The notes beneath the pieces were generated by a model. The model was not told the DNA's origin and searched no databases. It was given only the letters and a program-made list of their open reading frames with translations. From IMG/VR virus record IMGVR_UViG_3300042923_000601, positions 182,690 through 246,689 of that record: a stretch of DNA of 64,000 nt; one strand, 5' to 3'. Shown piece after piece: positions 49,658 through 59,055 of this stretch (position 1 is its first letter; every line of letters begins with the position of its first letter). Position numbers and translations under genes: made by a program.

Positions 49658-49875
49658 AGCAAAAAATCGAAGATTATCGAGCGCTCCTAGACACTGCTCG
49701 GGAGATGCTGGCACCCATCATGAGCAGTGCTCAGATCGAAAGTTTACCGTATAAAGACCTCCTATATGAGCTTGAGCGTCGGCGTATCTTCCTTGAAAAG
49801 AATGAGGCGCTTGCTAAGAGTAAGGAGATGGAACGTCAATTGACAGGAAAGAGAAAGTCGCAGAGTAATCGCTAG
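49567..49875 (+). CDS. -1 frame extension ORF (gpT-like), probably reached by programmed frameshift
   Basis: 102 open codons in the -1 frame starting just before GCTTTTTA; no well-spaced RBS/start; MSSAQIESLPYKDL motif. Confidence 0.55.
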   Translation, partial: HAFYFSQHGSSKGKYSAAEQKEIERRDNEVKQKIEDYRALLDTAREMLAPIMSSAQIESLPYKDLLYELERRRIFLEKNEALAKSKEMERQLTGKRKSQSNR

Positions 49876-49907
49876 ATGCGACGAACGAGAGGTGGTGACA
49901 ACACGAT

Positions 49908-50261
49908 ATGGCAGCTAATAGAGCCGAGCTTTTAGTCGAACTCATCTGTCAGCATAATCAAGACACATCTGCGGATGACATGTTTAACCTTCTGGTCCCC
50001 CGAATGCATGGGCAGTTGTACTCACTATACTGCGTATTAGCAGACTCTACAGTGCTGAAGCAGTGTGTGTTCAAAACCCCTCTCGTTGAGGGGGATCAGA
50101 TTACGATCAACATCAGTCTAGATGCGAAGGCGGCAGCCAATTGTATCGATTATATCGGTAAAATGGGCCCGATTCTTAGGTATCTCAGACAATTGCATTA
50201 TAGTATTGAAGGTGTATTGACTTCCGATGGGATGTCCATTACCCTGAGCCCGGCATCATAA
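49908..50261 (+). CDS. hypothetical protein
   Basis: GAGGTGG RBS; terminator follows (50267..50294). Confidence 0.65.
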   Translation: MAANRAELLVELICQHNQDTSADDMFNLLVPRMHGQLYSLYCVLADSTVLKQCVFKTPLVEGDQITINISLDAKAAANCIDYIGKMGPILRYLRQLHYSIEGVLTSDGMSITLSPAS

Positions 50262-50303
50262 AAATAGCCCACTCCTATGACGGGAGTGGGTTTCTATTAT
50301 GGA

Positions 50304-50315
50304 AACAGCTACATA
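50304..50315 (+). promoter_or_regulatory. late-type promoter motif AACA-N6-TA
   Basis: aaca-gctaca-ta upstream of the RNAP subunit gene. Confidence 0.6.
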
Positions 50316-50342
50316 AATCGAAGTATAAGGAGTGTGACAACG

Positions 50343-51926
50343 ATGCAAATCCACCGTGCGAGGATTGACCATATTATTAAACTCAACGGTCTAAAAGAAG
50401 TTAAAGATTTGAATATGCTGGATAAAGGGATGCCTACGCCTGAGGGCCTATTCAGTTATGACATCTTTGGCTGGTCTCAGCATGACCGGCGGTCAATCCC
50501 AGCGTATATCGATCTCAAGGGTAAATTCCTTCACCCACTGGTTTATTCTAACCTGAAAGCTATTAACCGTAAGTTTGAATTTCTTGTGTCGGGTACAAAG
50601 TACTTCAGAGTGAACGAGGCTGGAGCACTTGTGGAAGACCCTAGCGGGGAAACCGGTCTTGACTTCCTTTACCGGGTATGGGATCAGATCAAATACAAAG
50701 ACACGCAGTCTATCTTTGGGTCTGAAAGAGTTAAGAATATCACCAACCAAGAGTATCCGGTATGGATTGATAAATGGCTCTTGCTCCCGGCGTTCTACCG
50801 TGACCTTAACTTCAACCAAGAAGGTCGCCCGTCCTATGATGAGATCAACGAGAAGTATATCAACATCATTCGTAAGGTAAACAGCATTAGCCAGCAGGAG
50901 CAGTATGGCTTCGTATCTAATTTAGCAAAGGCACAGGTTCAGCTGATCATCAATCAAATCCATGACGAGATTGTTGATGCTCATGTTAGAGCCAAACACG
51001 GTACTCTTAAGCGGTCGGTTATGAGTAAGAGTGTAACGGATGGCGCGCGTTTGGTTATCTCGGCCCCTAATATCAAGGGTGAACGATTCAACGATGTGCA
51101 GGTTCGCTATAATCAGATGGGCGTCCCACTGGCGGCAGTCTGCTCAATCTTCCACCCATTTGTAGTGTATGGGGTTCGGGAGTTCTTCCAGCAAGAATTT
51201 GTGACATCGGGTAAGTATGGTTACTGGGATGTAGAGTCGAAAAGTGTTAAATACACTCGATTAATCAACCCAGAGGCTCACTATTCGGATGAGTACATCA
51301 TCAAAATGATCAAGAAGTTCATCTACGGAACATCTACCCGTTACGAGACGATTGACGTGCCTCCGAATGAAGATGGGCTTAAATTAAAGGTGCACATGGA
51401 AGGTCGATTTGGAGACAGTTCTAGTGTGACCCGGTTCATGACCTGGACAGACGTTCTCTATCAGGTGTGCGAAGACATCCTATCGGAAAGACACATCTAT
51501 GCCACACGTTACCCGATCGAAGATCATTTCGGTATCGTGCCATCTAAAATGGCGATCTTAACAACCAAGGATACAACGCCTGCAATCATCGGGGATAAGA
51601 CGTACAAGTTCTACCCTGTCGTTAACCCAGACCAGCCAAGTGACAGAGACTTCATCGATACACTCAACTTGCCTTTGGCGTACTTGACTGGATACGGAGC
51701 TGACTTTGACGGGGATATGATGTCTATCATTGGGGTCTATACAGATGAGGCTAACGCAGACGCTCAGCGACATACGATGGATAAGAAGAATATCCTAACG
51801 AACACGTCCGAGAATATCCGGGTGGCACAGAGAGACTTTGTTCAGACGTATTATGCGCTGACGAAACGGCCTAATATGGACGATGCACCTAAATTCAACA
51901 ACCTGTCTAGAGTTGCTAACTTTTAA
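50343..51926 (+). CDS. phage multisubunit RNA polymerase beta'-like subunit (N-terminal/catalytic half; probably virion RNAP)
   Basis: EGLFSYDIFG; LLPAFYRD; ARLVISAP; TRYP; catalytic GADFDGD; AAGGAG RBS before ATG 50343; late motif upstream. Confidence 0.9.
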   Translation: MQIHRARIDHIIKLNGLKEVKDLNMLDKGMPTPEGLFSYDIFGWSQHDRRSIPAYIDLKGKFLHPLVYSNLKAINRKFEFLVSGTKYFRVNEAGALVEDPSGETGLDFLYRVWDQIKYKDTQSIFGSERVKNITNQEYPVWIDKWLLLPAFYRDLNFNQEGRPSYDEINEKYINIIRKVNSISQQEQYGFVSNLAKAQVQLIINQIHDEIVDAHVRAKHGTLKRSVMSKSVTDGARLVISAPNIKGERFNDVQVRYNQMGVPLAAVCSIFHPFVVYGVREFFQQEFVTSGKYGYWDVESKSVKYTRLINPEAHYSDEYIIKMIKKFIYGTSTRYETIDVPPNEDGLKLKVHMEGRFGDSSSVTRFMTWTDVLYQVCEDILSERHIYATRYPIEDHFGIVPSKMAILTTKDTTPAIIGDKTYKFYPVVNPDQPSDRDFIDTLNLPLAYLTGYGADFDGDMMSIIGVYTDEANADAQRHTMDKKNILTNTSENIRVAQRDFVQTYYALTKRPNMDDAPKFNNLSRVANF

Positions 51927-51929
51927 CGT

Positions 51930-51968
51930 AAAAACGCAGATGAGGATATTCCCTCATCTGCATTCTTT
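51930..51968. terminator. bidirectional terminator
   Basis: gcagatgagg..cctcatctgc between convergent genes. Confidence 0.75.
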
Positions 51969-51969
51969 A

Positions 51970-52593
51970 TTAACGTCTTCTGCGAGTAGTTGTCGAAGTG
52001 GCAGTTGTAGTGTCTTCAGCTACAACGTCTTCGGCTACAGTTTCGGTCGATTCTTCAGTTGCAGCTGCCTCAGCAGATGCCTCAGAAGATTCTTCAGTTG
52101 TAGTCGTGTCAGTAGTTGCTTCATCAGCAGGTTGTGTTTCAGCCTCTACGGCTTCAGCTGTAGCAACATCTTCAACCTTCTCTGCAACAGATTCTTCTGC
52201 AGCAGCGACCGGTTCGATTGGAGTAACAGTTTCAGCCACAGGTTCGGCCACTGGTTCAGTTTTAACCAGCGCTTCAGCTGGTACTGGTGCCGGTGTAGTC
52301 GGAACGGAATAAACCCGTTTAGCCCATGGGAACTCTTTGCCAGGGTTTTGTTCTTCCCAGATTTGCTGGAAGGACTGGCGATAGTTCGATGGTGTCAACA
52401 GAACCTTCATTGAATGATCCTGCTCGAACACCTCATACATTCTTGTCACGCCAGTTTCAGTCAGCAGGCGGCCAATCACCGCGATTCCGAATTTAGATGG
52501 GCGTCTGATTGGGCTTTTCAAACCAAACCCGATTGGGTTGAGGTCACGGCCAATATCATCAACCGTAATCCATTTGTGTGTAATAGATTCCAT
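51970..52593 (-). CDS. protein with small N-terminal domain and long A/E/T/P-rich disordered tail
   Basis: Low-complexity acidic C-terminal half ending TTTRRRR; GGAGG RBS. Confidence 0.7.
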   Translation of the reverse strand: MESITHKWITVDDIGRDLNPIGFGLKSPIRRPSKFGIAVIGRLLTETGVTRMYEVFEQDHSMKVLLTPSNYRQSFQQIWEEQNPGKEFPWAKRVYSVPTTPAPVPAEALVKTEPVAEPVAETVTPIEPVAAAEESVAEKVEDVATAEAVEAETQPADEATTDTTTTEESSEASAEAAATEESTETVAEDVVAEDTTTATSTTTRRRR

Positions 52594-52635
52594 AAGTGTA
52601 AAGCCTCCTATTCCTTTAATGTGGTATTGGTGATA

Positions 52636-52902
52636 CTAGACATTAGCAATGGTGTCTTCAATTTGTTCGCGTGTCATGCTGCTAATGTCTGCATCACCGT
52701 TAATGATTGCGTCCAGAGCCTGATCCAGCTCAGACAATTCATCGTCAGAAACGGTGTCGCCGTCAACCATGGAATCCAGATCATCCATATCAACGTCGTC
52801 ATCACCCAGATCGAGTGCGTCACCAGCGGCTTCAACCATCAAGCCCAGTTGGTCTTTTTCGACTTGGCTTTCATAGAGTGCTTTAGCCAGTTCTCCAAAC
52901 AT
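52636..52902 (-). CDS. small very acidic protein with head-type leader (scaffold-like)
   Basis: MFGELAKALYES..MVEA; Asp-rich. Confidence 0.65.
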   Translation of the reverse strand: MFGELAKALYESQVEKDQLGLMVEAAGDALDLGDDDVDMDDLDSMVDGDTVSDDELSELDQALDAIINGDADISSMTREQIEDTIANV

Positions 52903-52932
52903 GTAAATCCCTCCTTTAATCCGGCGTATTAC

Positions 52933-54162
52933 TTATTTGTTCCCTCTAGTCTGAATCGAGCGAATAAGTATTTTGAGAGAAGCCAGCGCTATTGGGATAA
53001 AGTACATCCGGAAGACATCATCTACATCATAATCATCGATGATTTCCTCGTATTCAGCGACAGTGATGTCCTCTTTATTGATGAACTTAGCCACAACCTT
53101 CTCAAGAGGCGATGCTGTGGTGTAGTCTTTAGATGCAACGATCTCCGAAAACCGATCATTATAAATCTGCACCTGACGATACCCCGGCGTGAAATCCTCA
53201 CCTACAGGGACGACTTGAAAGTCGGTAGACTGTGCAAATTTATCGTCACCCAGTGCTGTGAATACAGTAATAGGTAGCGCACTAAACGTGGTGTACACCG
53301 AACCGGGGTCAAACTTGCCTTTCATGATCCGAAGCAGTGGGAATTTCTGCTGATATAGCTTATTATGACGAGCCTCCCACGGCAACACCATCTCAAAGGC
53401 AAAGATGGTTTCAAGAATCTCATCAAAATAGAGAATCCGATGATCCATCAGGAATCGAATCAGATATTTACACGATCCATGAGCATCAACGCCATTATCC
53501 AGCCATTCTGGTGTGCGGAGATAACTGTAACGAGGGTCAAAGAAATCATCCACATAACGGCTGTGTATCAACCGGTAGCTTTCCAGATAATCTTGCAGAA
53601 CCAAATAGTCCTCAACTTTAATGATGACCTGTTCGGTAGTGCCAATGTTACGGAAGATACACTTATATTCCTGAATGACCTGCTTATCAATCTTCAACAA
53701 GCGAGAGGATTTGACAACCTCATACGTTGCCACGTAGTGATCTTCACCGCGAATTGGGCGAAGTTTAACATCTGTGATGGCAAAGATGATTTCCGGATTG
53801 AATGATGGGAATACCATATGCATCCCCGGGACGGGTTGAATGGTTGACTGTAAGAATAAGCAATCATCCTCAAATTCAGTGTACGTGCCCAAGGTTTCAT
53901 CGTACACAATATTCGCCACAATCGGATTAACCGAATAGACGGGCAATCCTTCGATGCGGTTGAACCGGACCGGAGAATCGTCACCTACATATTGCATGAT
54001 GTCACGAGTGCCGATTTCGGCTGTTGAGTTTGCTGGGTCTGGATCATAGCATACCGCAAATACAGGGGATGAGTCCAAGTGCAAGGTATGCTTAGACAGC
54101 AACCGTTCACGGTGTTTCTGACTCTGTGTTTCAATTAACTTCTCAACGTTTAATACTCTCAT
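52933..54162 (-). CDS. virion structural protein (neck/head-tail-like)
   Basis: SPVRFNRIEGLPVY..TIQPVPG pattern; AAGGAG RBS; late motif at 54183..54193. Confidence 0.55.
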   Translation of the reverse strand: MRVLNVEKLIETQSQKHRERLLSKHTLHLDSSPVFAVCYDPDPANSTAEIGTRDIMQYVGDDSPVRFNRIEGLPVYSVNPIVANIVYDETLGTYTEFEDDCLFLQSTIQPVPGMHMVFPSFNPEIIFAITDVKLRPIRGEDHYVATYEVVKSSRLLKIDKQVIQEYKCIFRNIGTTEQVIIKVEDYLVLQDYLESYRLIHSRYVDDFFDPRYSYLRTPEWLDNGVDAHGSCKYLIRFLMDHRILYFDEILETIFAFEMVLPWEARHNKLYQQKFPLLRIMKGKFDPGSVYTTFSALPITVFTALGDDKFAQSTDFQVVPVGEDFTPGYRQVQIYNDRFSEIVASKDYTTASPLEKVVAKFINKEDITVAEYEEIIDDYDVDDVFRMYFIPIALASLKILIRSIQTRGNK

Positions 54163-54248
54163 TAATCTCACTCCTTTCCATTTATTGTGTGTTTCCACGA
54201 CAAAAAAGAAAAAAGAAGTCGACGGGCTGTCGACTCCTCATTAAACGA

Positions 54249-54677
54249 TCAGCATTCACTGATCTTGAATATTGGTGCACCTTGCGTTAGGATTGCTATG
54301 TTTTCATTAAGGATAGTAGAAAATGCCGCGTTGCGTTCTGTAGCTGATATTCCACGTACACCAGAGGGTTTGATGATCTTACAAACCATTCTAGGTAGCA
54401 CATGATTCGGTTGGTATTTATCAACCGCAAAGACTTCGGTGATTTCAAATGTTAACTCTGCCCGGTGGGATTTCGACGGACGACGTTTCACATAATCAAT
54501 CCGTACAATGTCACCTGGGCGAAGGTGTCTGAACCGGTAGTATGATAGAGTGCCGGTCATGGCCGCATATTGAATCTCCAGCAGTTCCTCTTTGCAATCC
54601 TCAACTCCGGCACCCCAGCAGCTATGCCTCACACCGTTTATGGTAAACCTTAAATACGCATTTGCCATGAATACCAT
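54249..54677 (-). CDS. hypothetical protein
   Basis: GGAGG RBS; downstream of primase. Confidence 0.6.
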   Translation of the reverse strand: MVFMANAYLRFTINGVRHSCWGAGVEDCKEELLEIQYAAMTGTLSYYRFRHLRPGDIVRIDYVKRRPSKSHRAELTFEITEVFAVDKYQPNHVLPRMVCKIIKPSGVRGISATERNAAFSTILNENIAILTQGAPIFKISEC

Positions 54678-54682
54678 TCCTC

Positions 54683-55717
54683 CTACTTGATTCGAGTGGT
54701 TTCAATTTCAATCATTTCCCTTGGCACACCGAAATCATCCGATTTCGTATTATAGTGAACGTAGAGCCGCATTGAATTCGTGTATTGCGACACCCGCCTT
54801 GCCAACTCCTCAAAGTACTCAATGTTGATATTATCATCTGAGTAAATATGGACAATTATATCTGTCAAACCATGCTGTCTAATTAGATGAGTCAGTGCTC
54901 GTTCATAAGTTGATCCTGATACTGCCGCATATATGCGGTTATCATATTCCTTTCCAATGTCAAGATTGAGGAACACAGAGAGAATATCTATCGAGCCCTC
55001 ACTCATATTAATGACGGTTGGGTCAGGAGAAAGAACGTCAATCTTGGTAGGAATGACGTAAAACTTATGTTTTTCCGAATTATCACCCTCCCAGACATCC
55101 ACAACTGTATATCTGTCGGATTTAGATTTAGCAACGGTGTTGCGCACCGTTAAATACTCATTGTACGCGCTGATAAATGCAATCCCTGTCTGAGATAGCT
55201 TCTTATAATACCAAGCTCTCTTCTCTGGGAATACCAGATCGTTATACTTATACAGATTCTCAAAATCCAAGTGAATCTTGAGTTTAAGTAAATCAGCCGG
55301 GGACAGTGATGTCCCCAACCGTTTATTTAGATATTCTAGCTTAGCAAGTGTAAGCTTATTGACGGGGCTAGGGAAATTCTCTAGCTCCCGTTTGTGCTTT
55401 CCTCTAAACCGTTTCTCTTTCTTTGACAGGCGGTTTACTTTATTCAGGTACACATTCGCCTGATGGTTATCTGACCCAAGCATCCGAAGGAACTCCGGAT
55501 TGATTCTACCAGATGCCCGACATTCTGACCGGAAGCAAATGTACAGCCAGTTTGGATTGTCTTCAGTTGGCAAACTAACGTTGAAGCTAGTGACATTCCG
55601 GTCAGATTTACTGTCTAAACAATAAGGACATCGGAATTGTATTTTTGTCTTTTCCAAATTATAATGAGCGCGATCTTGCTGTAAGAGTATATCCAGAATT
55701 ATGTCTTTCCCATCCAT
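54683..55717 (-). CDS. DNA primase (T4 gp61-like Zn finger + TOPRIM)
   Basis: FRCPYCLDS..ICFRSEC; EGSIDILS; YSDDN; DDFG. Confidence 0.85.
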   Translation of the reverse strand: MDGKDIILDILLQQDRAHYNLEKTKIQFRCPYCLDSKSDRNVTSFNVSLPTEDNPNWLYICFRSECRASGRINPEFLRMLGSDNHQANVYLNKVNRLSKKEKRFRGKHKRELENFPSPVNKLTLAKLEYLNKRLGTSLSPADLLKLKIHLDFENLYKYNDLVFPEKRAWYYKKLSQTGIAFISAYNEYLTVRNTVAKSKSDRYTVVDVWEGDNSEKHKFYVIPTKIDVLSPDPTVINMSEGSIDILSVFLNLDIGKEYDNRIYAAVSGSTYERALTHLIRQHGLTDIIVHIYSDDNINIEYFEELARRVSQYTNSMRLYVHYNTKSDDFGVPREMIEIETTRIK

Positions 55718-55734
55718 TATGTAATCACCTCTTG

Positions 55735-56295
55735 TTAGTTGACGATAGGTCTAAATACCGGAGATAGATAAATACCATGAATTGCGAAATCCTTAATCAT
55801 TAATGGTGCATCGTATACGTATGGTCCCTCAGCTACATTTCCTGTCGCCTTGAAGAAAGCTTTCAGTTCTTGAAACTCCGGTACCGGAGCATGAATCTCC
55901 GCAATGATGCCATAGACACCAGCCGGTGACATCCCGAACGCCAGCGTTCGGCCAATAAGGTTTTCGTATCGTATCATCAGTAATTCAGTAAGGTCATTAT
56001 GAATCGATGTCCCAAATTCGATATCCCCCATTCCCATTTTCACCCGCTCTTGATTCTCGTATTTATCGATCTCGGATACAAAGAGATCACGAGGATAGAT
56101 ACGGTTGGTGAGAGTTGGCATATCGGGCTGTACGATCAATTCATACCACTTTACCTGATCAGGCGATACACATTTTGATAGCCTAGCTAACCTCCGTTCC
56201 CGGCGTTCAGTGGTATCGTCTGTCATAACTGCATCAATCACCTCTTTCGAAAATCCCCTTACTTCCAGTACTTCGCTAAGTGCCAAATCCATCAA
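55735..56295 (-). CDS. degenerate prohead-protease (T4 gp21-like) paralog
   Basis: TNRIYPRDLF..EIDKY resembles gp21 NGRIYP; expected His and Ser motifs are replaced. Confidence 0.45.
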   Translation of the reverse strand: MMDLALSEVLEVRGFSKEVIDAVMTDDTTERRERRLARLSKCVSPDQVKWYELIVQPDMPTLTNRIYPRDLFVSEIDKYENQERVKMGMGDIEFGTSIHNDLTELLMIRYENLIGRTLAFGMSPAGVYGIIAEIHAPVPEFQELKAFFKATGNVAEGPYVYDAPLMIKDFAIHGIYLSPVFRPIVN

Positions 56296-56316
56296 TAAAG
56301 CCTCCTTATATTATAA

Positions 56317-56336
56317 CTTCACCTCTATAATATATA
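56317..56336 (-). promoter_or_regulatory. early-type promoter motif
   Basis: minus strand tatatattatagaggtgaag. Confidence 0.7.
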
Positions 56337-56391
56337 CTTATAACGGCATGTTTCACCGGCACGCAAAAAAAATAAGCCCCGAAGGGCTAGG

Positions 56392-56679
56392 TTACCGTAC
56401 CGTATTGTATCTTGGCACAGTATTATTGATCATTGAATCGTACATCCGGTATAGCCGTTGATACGCAGTCAGTGACTCATGGTGAGATGGGTCAATCCTA
56501 CGTTTCATACTCACGTACCATTCCTTTGCTGCATACTTGTCATGGTAGAAATATTCCTGTATACCCAGCTTAGTATGTTGAGCCTCGCCGGATAGTTGGA
56601 AGATATAGAACAGGATTTCATCCGTCTTTGATTTAAAGTACGAGACGTCCTCATGTGCTACGGGATATCTATCAACCAT
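56392..56679 (-). CDS. J-domain-like phage protein lacking HPD
   Basis: YF....ILFYI..L.G....LGI...Y.DK..AKEWY..MKRRIDPS..AYQRL..MY. Confidence 0.45.
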   Translation of the reverse strand: MVDRYPVAHEDVSYFKSKTDEILFYIFQLSGEAQHTKLGIQEYFYHDKYAAKEWYVSMKRRIDPSHHESLTAYQRLYRMYDSMINNTVPRYNTVR

Positions 56680-56711
56680 ATCATCTTATCCTTTCTACCT
56701 TATTAATTGGA

Positions 56712-56990
56712 TTACATCCCGATGATCTTTTCTCGCTGTACTACCCAGCACCCACATCTGCAGTCGAGTTTATGTGCCATTGGGTCCTGTTTAAAGGGAT
56801 CGCCTGCGGGTAGTATTGCTGTAGGTGAAACATATGGCCGGTTAGCGTATTGCAATCGACCCTCCCGATACTCAATCTCGTTGAGTAACCTCCGGAGTTT
56901 CATCTTTAACACGAACCTTCTCAACCAACCAGAGTGATCCATCATACTTCTGTGTCGTAATGCTTCGTATTTGAGTTTAGCGAGTTGCAT
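56712..56990 (-). CDS. hypothetical protein with C-terminal CxCxC
   Basis: AAAGGA RBS before ATG 56990; operonic position. Confidence 0.55.
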   Translation of the reverse strand: MQLAKLKYEALRHRSMMDHSGWLRRFVLKMKLRRLLNEIEYREGRLQYANRPYVSPTAILPAGDPFKQDPMAHKLDCRCGCWVVQREKIIGM

Positions 56991-56991
56991 T

Positions 56992-57624
56992 TCATTTATA
57001 TCCTTTCGTGGGTAAGTTATCAAGCATACGTTTTTCTTTTTGATTCAGTTCACTCTGAACACTCAGGGCCTGCCTACGCTGAGCCACCATAAGCTCGATT
57101 TCGTTTTGCTCATGGGCGCGTTCAAATTCCATGACTTTTTCTTGGTATTCAGTCTCCACATCCATCAGTAGTTGGAACCATCTGATGTCGTTGACCAACC
57201 AGAATGGATGCTGTAAGTACCCCAGTCCATTATTAGGTCTAAGTTCTGGAGGTATAAGAGTCATCCGCCGCGTTACAAGCACGATCATGTCGCGGTTAAC
57301 TTTATCGAAGTATATCACAGAAATATGATTATTCGGACACCCATGGTCAAAAGTAACAATCGTTATATAGTCAAGACTGTACGTTGGTCGGTCGAATGAC
57401 ATAATGTGCTCAGCAAAATGTCCGTTATCTCTATGCATATACGAGATAGATGGGTCTTTTATATTTTGTATACCACGGATTCGATCATATACATAGTCGT
57501 CTGTAATAAGCGTTTTGACAGCATGGCGAAGGTTTGCTTCTGCGGCGAGCCTTAAACGTTCTTCCTTATCAGCCCTGCGCCGATTAAACCCAAGTTTTTC
57601 CTTCAGTGACTCCAGCATCAACAA
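56992..57624 (-). CDS. hypothetical protein
   Basis: GGAGGT RBS; coiled-coil C-terminus. Confidence 0.65.
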   Translation of the reverse strand: MLMLESLKEKLGFNRRRADKEERLRLAAEANLRHAVKTLITDDYVYDRIRGIQNIKDPSISYMHRDNGHFAEHIMSFDRPTYSLDYITIVTFDHGCPNNHISVIYFDKVNRDMIVLVTRRMTLIPPELRPNNGLGYLQHPFWLVNDIRWFQLLMDVETEYQEKVMEFERAHEQNEIELMVAQRRQALSVQSELNQKEKRMLDNLPTKGYK

Positions 57625-58073
57625 CTACCTCCTGTGTATACGTGGTCGATATAATTCATCCAGCTTTTATACCAGTCACGAACAGGACCTTCTTTAAACT
57701 CCCAGAACTTAAGCCATGGTACCATGTTCCCACCAATTACATGATATACATTATAATCTGATGTGGTCAATTCTACTATCGACCCCTCTTTAGACAACCA
57801 GACTTCGATAACTACGCCACCATGATGGAAACGGTTAGCTGCTCGGCGCAGAATACGTCTATCCCTACGACTCATAGACTTGCGTTTAGTGACACGAGTC
57901 CTATCATCCGGCACATTCGATACGGCTGTCAGAGGATTATCATGGGTCTCCACTATCTTCTGGAGGCTTGCTGATGGTTCCCCCATTGCCTCAGCAGTAT
58001 CTGTTATAAATTTTGGTAGTTTGGTAAAGATCAGTCTATAACCTGTGATTGCTGGATTGAATTGTTCAGTCAT
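57618..58073 (-). CDS. hypothetical protein
   Basis: GAGGG RBS before ATG 58073. Confidence 0.6.
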   Translation of the reverse strand: MTEQFNPAITGYRLIFTKLPKFITDTAEAMGEPSASLQKIVETHDNPLTAVSNVPDDRTRVTKRKSMSRRDRRILRRAANRFHHGGVVIEVWLSKEGSIVELTTSDYNVYHVIGGNMVPWLKFWEFKEGPVRDWYKSWMNYIDHVYTGGSC

Positions 58074-58266
58074 TGTCAGCCCTCGTCCTCTCATAATCAA
58101 TCATCTTAAACCTCCAAGTGTTCTTCGTTTTTCTTTTGCCTTTCGTATCTTTAGTCTCAGCAGTTTCAACCTTAATAACTGTCTAGACTTACTTTTCTTT
58201 TTCATGAAATCAACCCCATTGTATTGACGTAAAGAGGAGAGCTGGTTCCCCAGCTCTCCAGTTAGC

Positions 58267-59055
58267 TTACTTTTTCTTTTTCTTGCCGTGCTTCTTATCT
58301 TTCTTGGCTTTCTTTTCAGCCTTAGCATCCTTACGGTCCTGATTAGCTTCCTCTTTCGGTGTCATGATACCCGACAGAGAAAGGTTCAGCATGTACTTCT
58401 CAACGAAGTCATGGTACTTCATTTCTTCTACCCGACCACTGCGATACATGATTTTGCAGACCTTTGTGCAGCCTGTCAAGTCATAGAACCGCGCGGACAG
58501 GTACACCGAGTTAGCACGATCAAACGCTTCTTCGATTACAAACATCTTCAGCAGCTGGTTGATGGAATAGATGGAGTCAATAATGGCATTAGGTGTGAAC
58601 CATTCGCCTGCTTTGCTGAAGCGTTCGTCTTCGTCAAGTCCGAAGAACTCGTATTCACGTTCGAAACTGATGAACTTGATTTTGGTCAACTTCTTAAATG
58701 TCTTGAGCGGTACCATCTGGAAGAGGTTCTTTCCGAGATCGACCATAACGACAGCTTTAGGATACCGGCTATTGAGTTTCTTCAGCTTCTTAGCCGGGAT
58801 TGACCCAACACAGCGGAAGATTTCAGTTGCCGTTTCATCATAGATAACGAAGGTCTTACCTTTAGGATGCTGGTAATCCTCCGGAAGATTACGAGGTTTG
58901 TTATCCTCGTATGCCTTAATAAGCTCCTCTTCAAGAGAGAGCTTACGTTTCTTTTCAATCTTAGTAACCGGCTTAGCACTTGGGTTGTATGACGTACCCG
59001 AAGCCCGCTCGATCATTTTACGTCCAGTTTTGTTAGCTACAAGTTTGATTGTCAT
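58267..59055 (-). CDS. basic hypothetical protein, paralog of 61044..61883
   Basis: VMVDLG..KTFKKL..IKF; SINQL; Lys-rich tail. Confidence 0.7.
   Translation of the reverse strand: MTIKLVANKTGRKMIERASGTSYNPSAKPVTKIEKKRKLSLEEELIKAYEDNKPRNLPEDYQHPKGKTFVIYDETATEIFRCVGSIPAKKLKKLNSRYPKAVVMVDLGKNLFQMVPLKTFKKLTKIKFISFEREYEFFGLDEDERFSKAGEWFTPNAIIDSIYSINQLLKMFVIEEAFDRANSVYLSARFYDLTGCTKVCKIMYRSGRVEEMKYHDFVEKYMLNLSLSGIMTPKEEANQDRKDAKAEKKAKKDKKHGKKKKK

Noticed and set aside
50343-51926. Intron or intein in the RNAP subunit (common in AR9-like phages)
   Set aside because: The ORF is continuous and compact, with no intein motifs or interruption visible
52414-53277. 287-aa plus-strand ORF spanning three minus-strand genes
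   Set aside because: Antisense to well-supported genes; no RBS or recognisable motifs
58101-58328. 75-aa Lys/Arg-rich ORF
   Set aside because: The first part is an alternative frame of the Lys-rich tail of 58267..59055; only a 34-aa basic peptide from ATG 58205 might be real, and support is weak
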